Source: Alphaproteobacteria bacterium
GTDB taxonomy: Bacteria > Pseudomonadota > Alphaproteobacteria > UBA2136 > UBA6156
DNA: 64,000 nucleotides
Direction: 5' to 3'
NCBI GenBank assembly: GCA_036261915.1
Contig: DATAJX010000002.1
Span: 200,825-264,824 of the forward strand
Below, in pieces: positions 63,117 through 64,000 of this stretch. Numbering within the stretch: the first letter of the stretch is position 1; every line of letters begins with the position of its first letter. The notes under the pieces are model-generated. The model was not told where the DNA came from and made no database searches. It was given only the letters and a program-made list of their open reading frames with translations. The translations under genes and the position numbers were made by a program.

Positions 63117-63205
63117 AGAAGAGTAGCTCAGAGGTAGAGCAACGGACTGCCCATTTCATATAAGTGGGCCGTGGGTCGTTGGTTCGATCCCAACCGCCGG
63201 AGCCA
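63117..63205 (+). pseudogene. tRNA-Asn-derived pseudo-tRNA: positions 8-76 duplicated in inverted orientation, with a 19-nt insertion in the anticodon loop.
   Basis: TAGCTCAGAGGTAGAGCAACGGACTG[cccatttcatataagtggg]CCGTGGGTCGTTGGTTCGATCCCAACCGCCGGAGCCA. It is identical to the adjacent tRNA-Asn except for one D-loop change and the replacement of TTAAT by the insert. The 5' acceptor strand (AGAAGAG) cannot pair. Confidence 0.7.
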
Positions 63206-63210
63206 GAATT

Positions 63211-63240
63211 AAAGCCCCCTTGCGGGGGCGGTTTTTTTAT
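63211..63240. terminator. Bidirectional terminator.
   Basis: aaagcccccttgcgggggcggttttttt. Confidence 0.6.
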
Positions 63241-64000
63241 TTGGCTGTGGTGGCAGAGGTATCGAACCCGCCGCCGAGGGCGCGCACCAGTTGCGTGGAC
63301 GCCGTGTAGGCGTTGAGCAGGGCCTGTTGCTGGTCGATCTGCGCCGACAGGGCGATTTGCCGCGCGGCGATGTATTCGGGTTTGCTGATGTCGCCCACGT
63401 TCAGCTGTTGCTTGGAACTGATGGCGGATCTTTCCAGCGCTTCGTAAGCCTGCTGCTGGCCGGCGGCCTGCTCGAGCGTGGTGCGGTGCGCGTTGAGGCT
63501 GTCGGCGACGTCGCGGAAGGCTTCGAGCACCTGTGCCTTGTAGGTGGCGACGGCTTCTTCGTACTTTGCCTTGCTGAAGCGCAGGTTGGCGAACAGCGCG
63601 CCGCCCTGGAAGATGGGCAGCGTGACCAGCGGGCCGAGCGCCCAGGTATTGCTGTTCCAGTTGAACAGGTTGCCCATGTTCTGCGACGCGAAGCCACCGT
63701 TGGCGGTGAGCGTGAGGCTGGGGAAGAACGCGGCGCGCGCGGCACCGATGTTGGCGTTGGCGGCGGCCAGCTGGTGTTCAGCCGCGGCGACGTCGGGGCG
63801 GCGTTCCAGCACCGTGGACGGCACGCCCGCGGGCACCAGCGGCGGCAGCGCGCTGAGCGGCTGCGTGCTGGAGGCGTTGAAGCCGATGGCCGGTTGGCCG
63901 ATGAGCGTGGCCAGCTGGTTTTGCGCGGCGGCACGTTGCTGCGCGACGGTGAGGGCGTTGTTGCGCAGCGCGATGAGGTTGGCGGAGGCTGCCTGATAAT
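63237..64000 (-). CDS. Outer-membrane efflux protein (NodT/OprM family), C-terminal part. The gene continues beyond the window.
   Basis: C-terminal TolC-like repeat (FFPSLTLTANGGFASQN..., LGGGFDTS). The minus-strand frame stays open to the window edge. Confidence 0.7.
   Translation of the reverse strand, partial: YQAASANLIALRNNALTVAQQRAAAQNQLATLIGQPAIGFNASSTQPLSALPPLVPAGVPSTVLERRPDVAAAEHQLAAANANIGAARAAFFPSLTLTANGGFASQNMGNLFNWNSNTWALGPLVTLPIFQGGALFANLRFSKAKYEEAVATYKAQVLEAFRDVADSLNAHRTTLEQAAGQQQAYEALERSAISSKQQLNVGDISKPEYIAARQIALSAQIDQQQALLNAYTASTQLVRALGGGFDTSATTAK

Overview
This is a 64 kb, high-GC (about 62%) chromosomal window that reads as alphaproteobacterial, and the Acetobacteraceae-like placement is inference only. 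I infer that from gene content (hdaA, split pntAA/pntAB/pntB, asmA, rpoH, CIRCE-controlled groESL), and I ran no similarity search. It is densely coding, mostly housekeeping, and unusually rich in tRNA genes.

Core genes:
- Envelope and proteostasis: lptG-lptF divergent from pepA-holC, a DegP/HtrA protease, asmA, groES-groEL with a CIRCE operator, rpoH.
- DNA and replication: hdaA, rarA, gyrA, ogt, a family-4 uracil-DNA glycosylase with a small MazG-like NTP pyrophosphohydrolase, an AlkB-like dioxygenase.
- RNA modification and processing: RluC-like and RluD pseudouridine synthases, trhO (rhodanese) with a small DUF2892-like membrane partner, queA-tgt, a short CCA-adding-type nucleotidyltransferase.
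- Metabolism and transport: ndk, the pnt operon, rpe, an Nfu/NifU scaffold, SCO1/SenC, maeB, mgtE, pcm, a cyclophilin, and a C-terminal fragment of a NodT-type outer-membrane efflux protein at the 3' edge.

Ten tRNA genes are present: Pro-CGG, Pro-TGG, Pro-GGG, Arg-ACG, Lys-CTT, Lys-TTT, Glu-TTC, Gly-GCC, Cys-GCA and Asn-GTT. I found no rRNA, CRISPR array, IS element or integrase.

Accessory or unusual content:
1. A compact curli-like (type VIII, CsgG-dependent) locus: a secreted Q/N/G-rich 124-aa protein, a CsgG-family lipoprotein, then a secreted Q/N/S-repeat protein ending in Y (19.4-21.2 kb).
2. A nicotianamine-synthase-like (NAS/CntL-like) gene next to a lipoprotein with a GYSGG hydrolase motif and a convergent unknown gene (16.6-19.1 kb).
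3. A large autotransporter.
4. A small EamA-like membrane protein inserted, translationally coupled, between pntAA and pntAB.
5. Ndk with an N-terminal lysine/alanine-rich histone-H1-like tail, with similar short K-rich N-termini on SCO1, MgtE and RarA.
6. A three-gene phage tail-fibre-like remnant beside the tRNA-Lys pair.
7. tRNA-derived scars: a direct repeat of the tRNA-Arg 3' end, and an inverted partial tRNA-Asn copy carrying a 19-nt insertion in its anticodon loop.
8. A low-GC orphan ORF downstream of groEL.
9. A polysaccharide-biosynthesis cluster (flippase, GT4, membrane protein, methyltransferase, galE) ending in a truncated sugar transferase and a gene fragment.

Every product call is from reading motifs in the translated sequence. 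Coordinates of hand-located RNAs and short sites may be off by a few bases.
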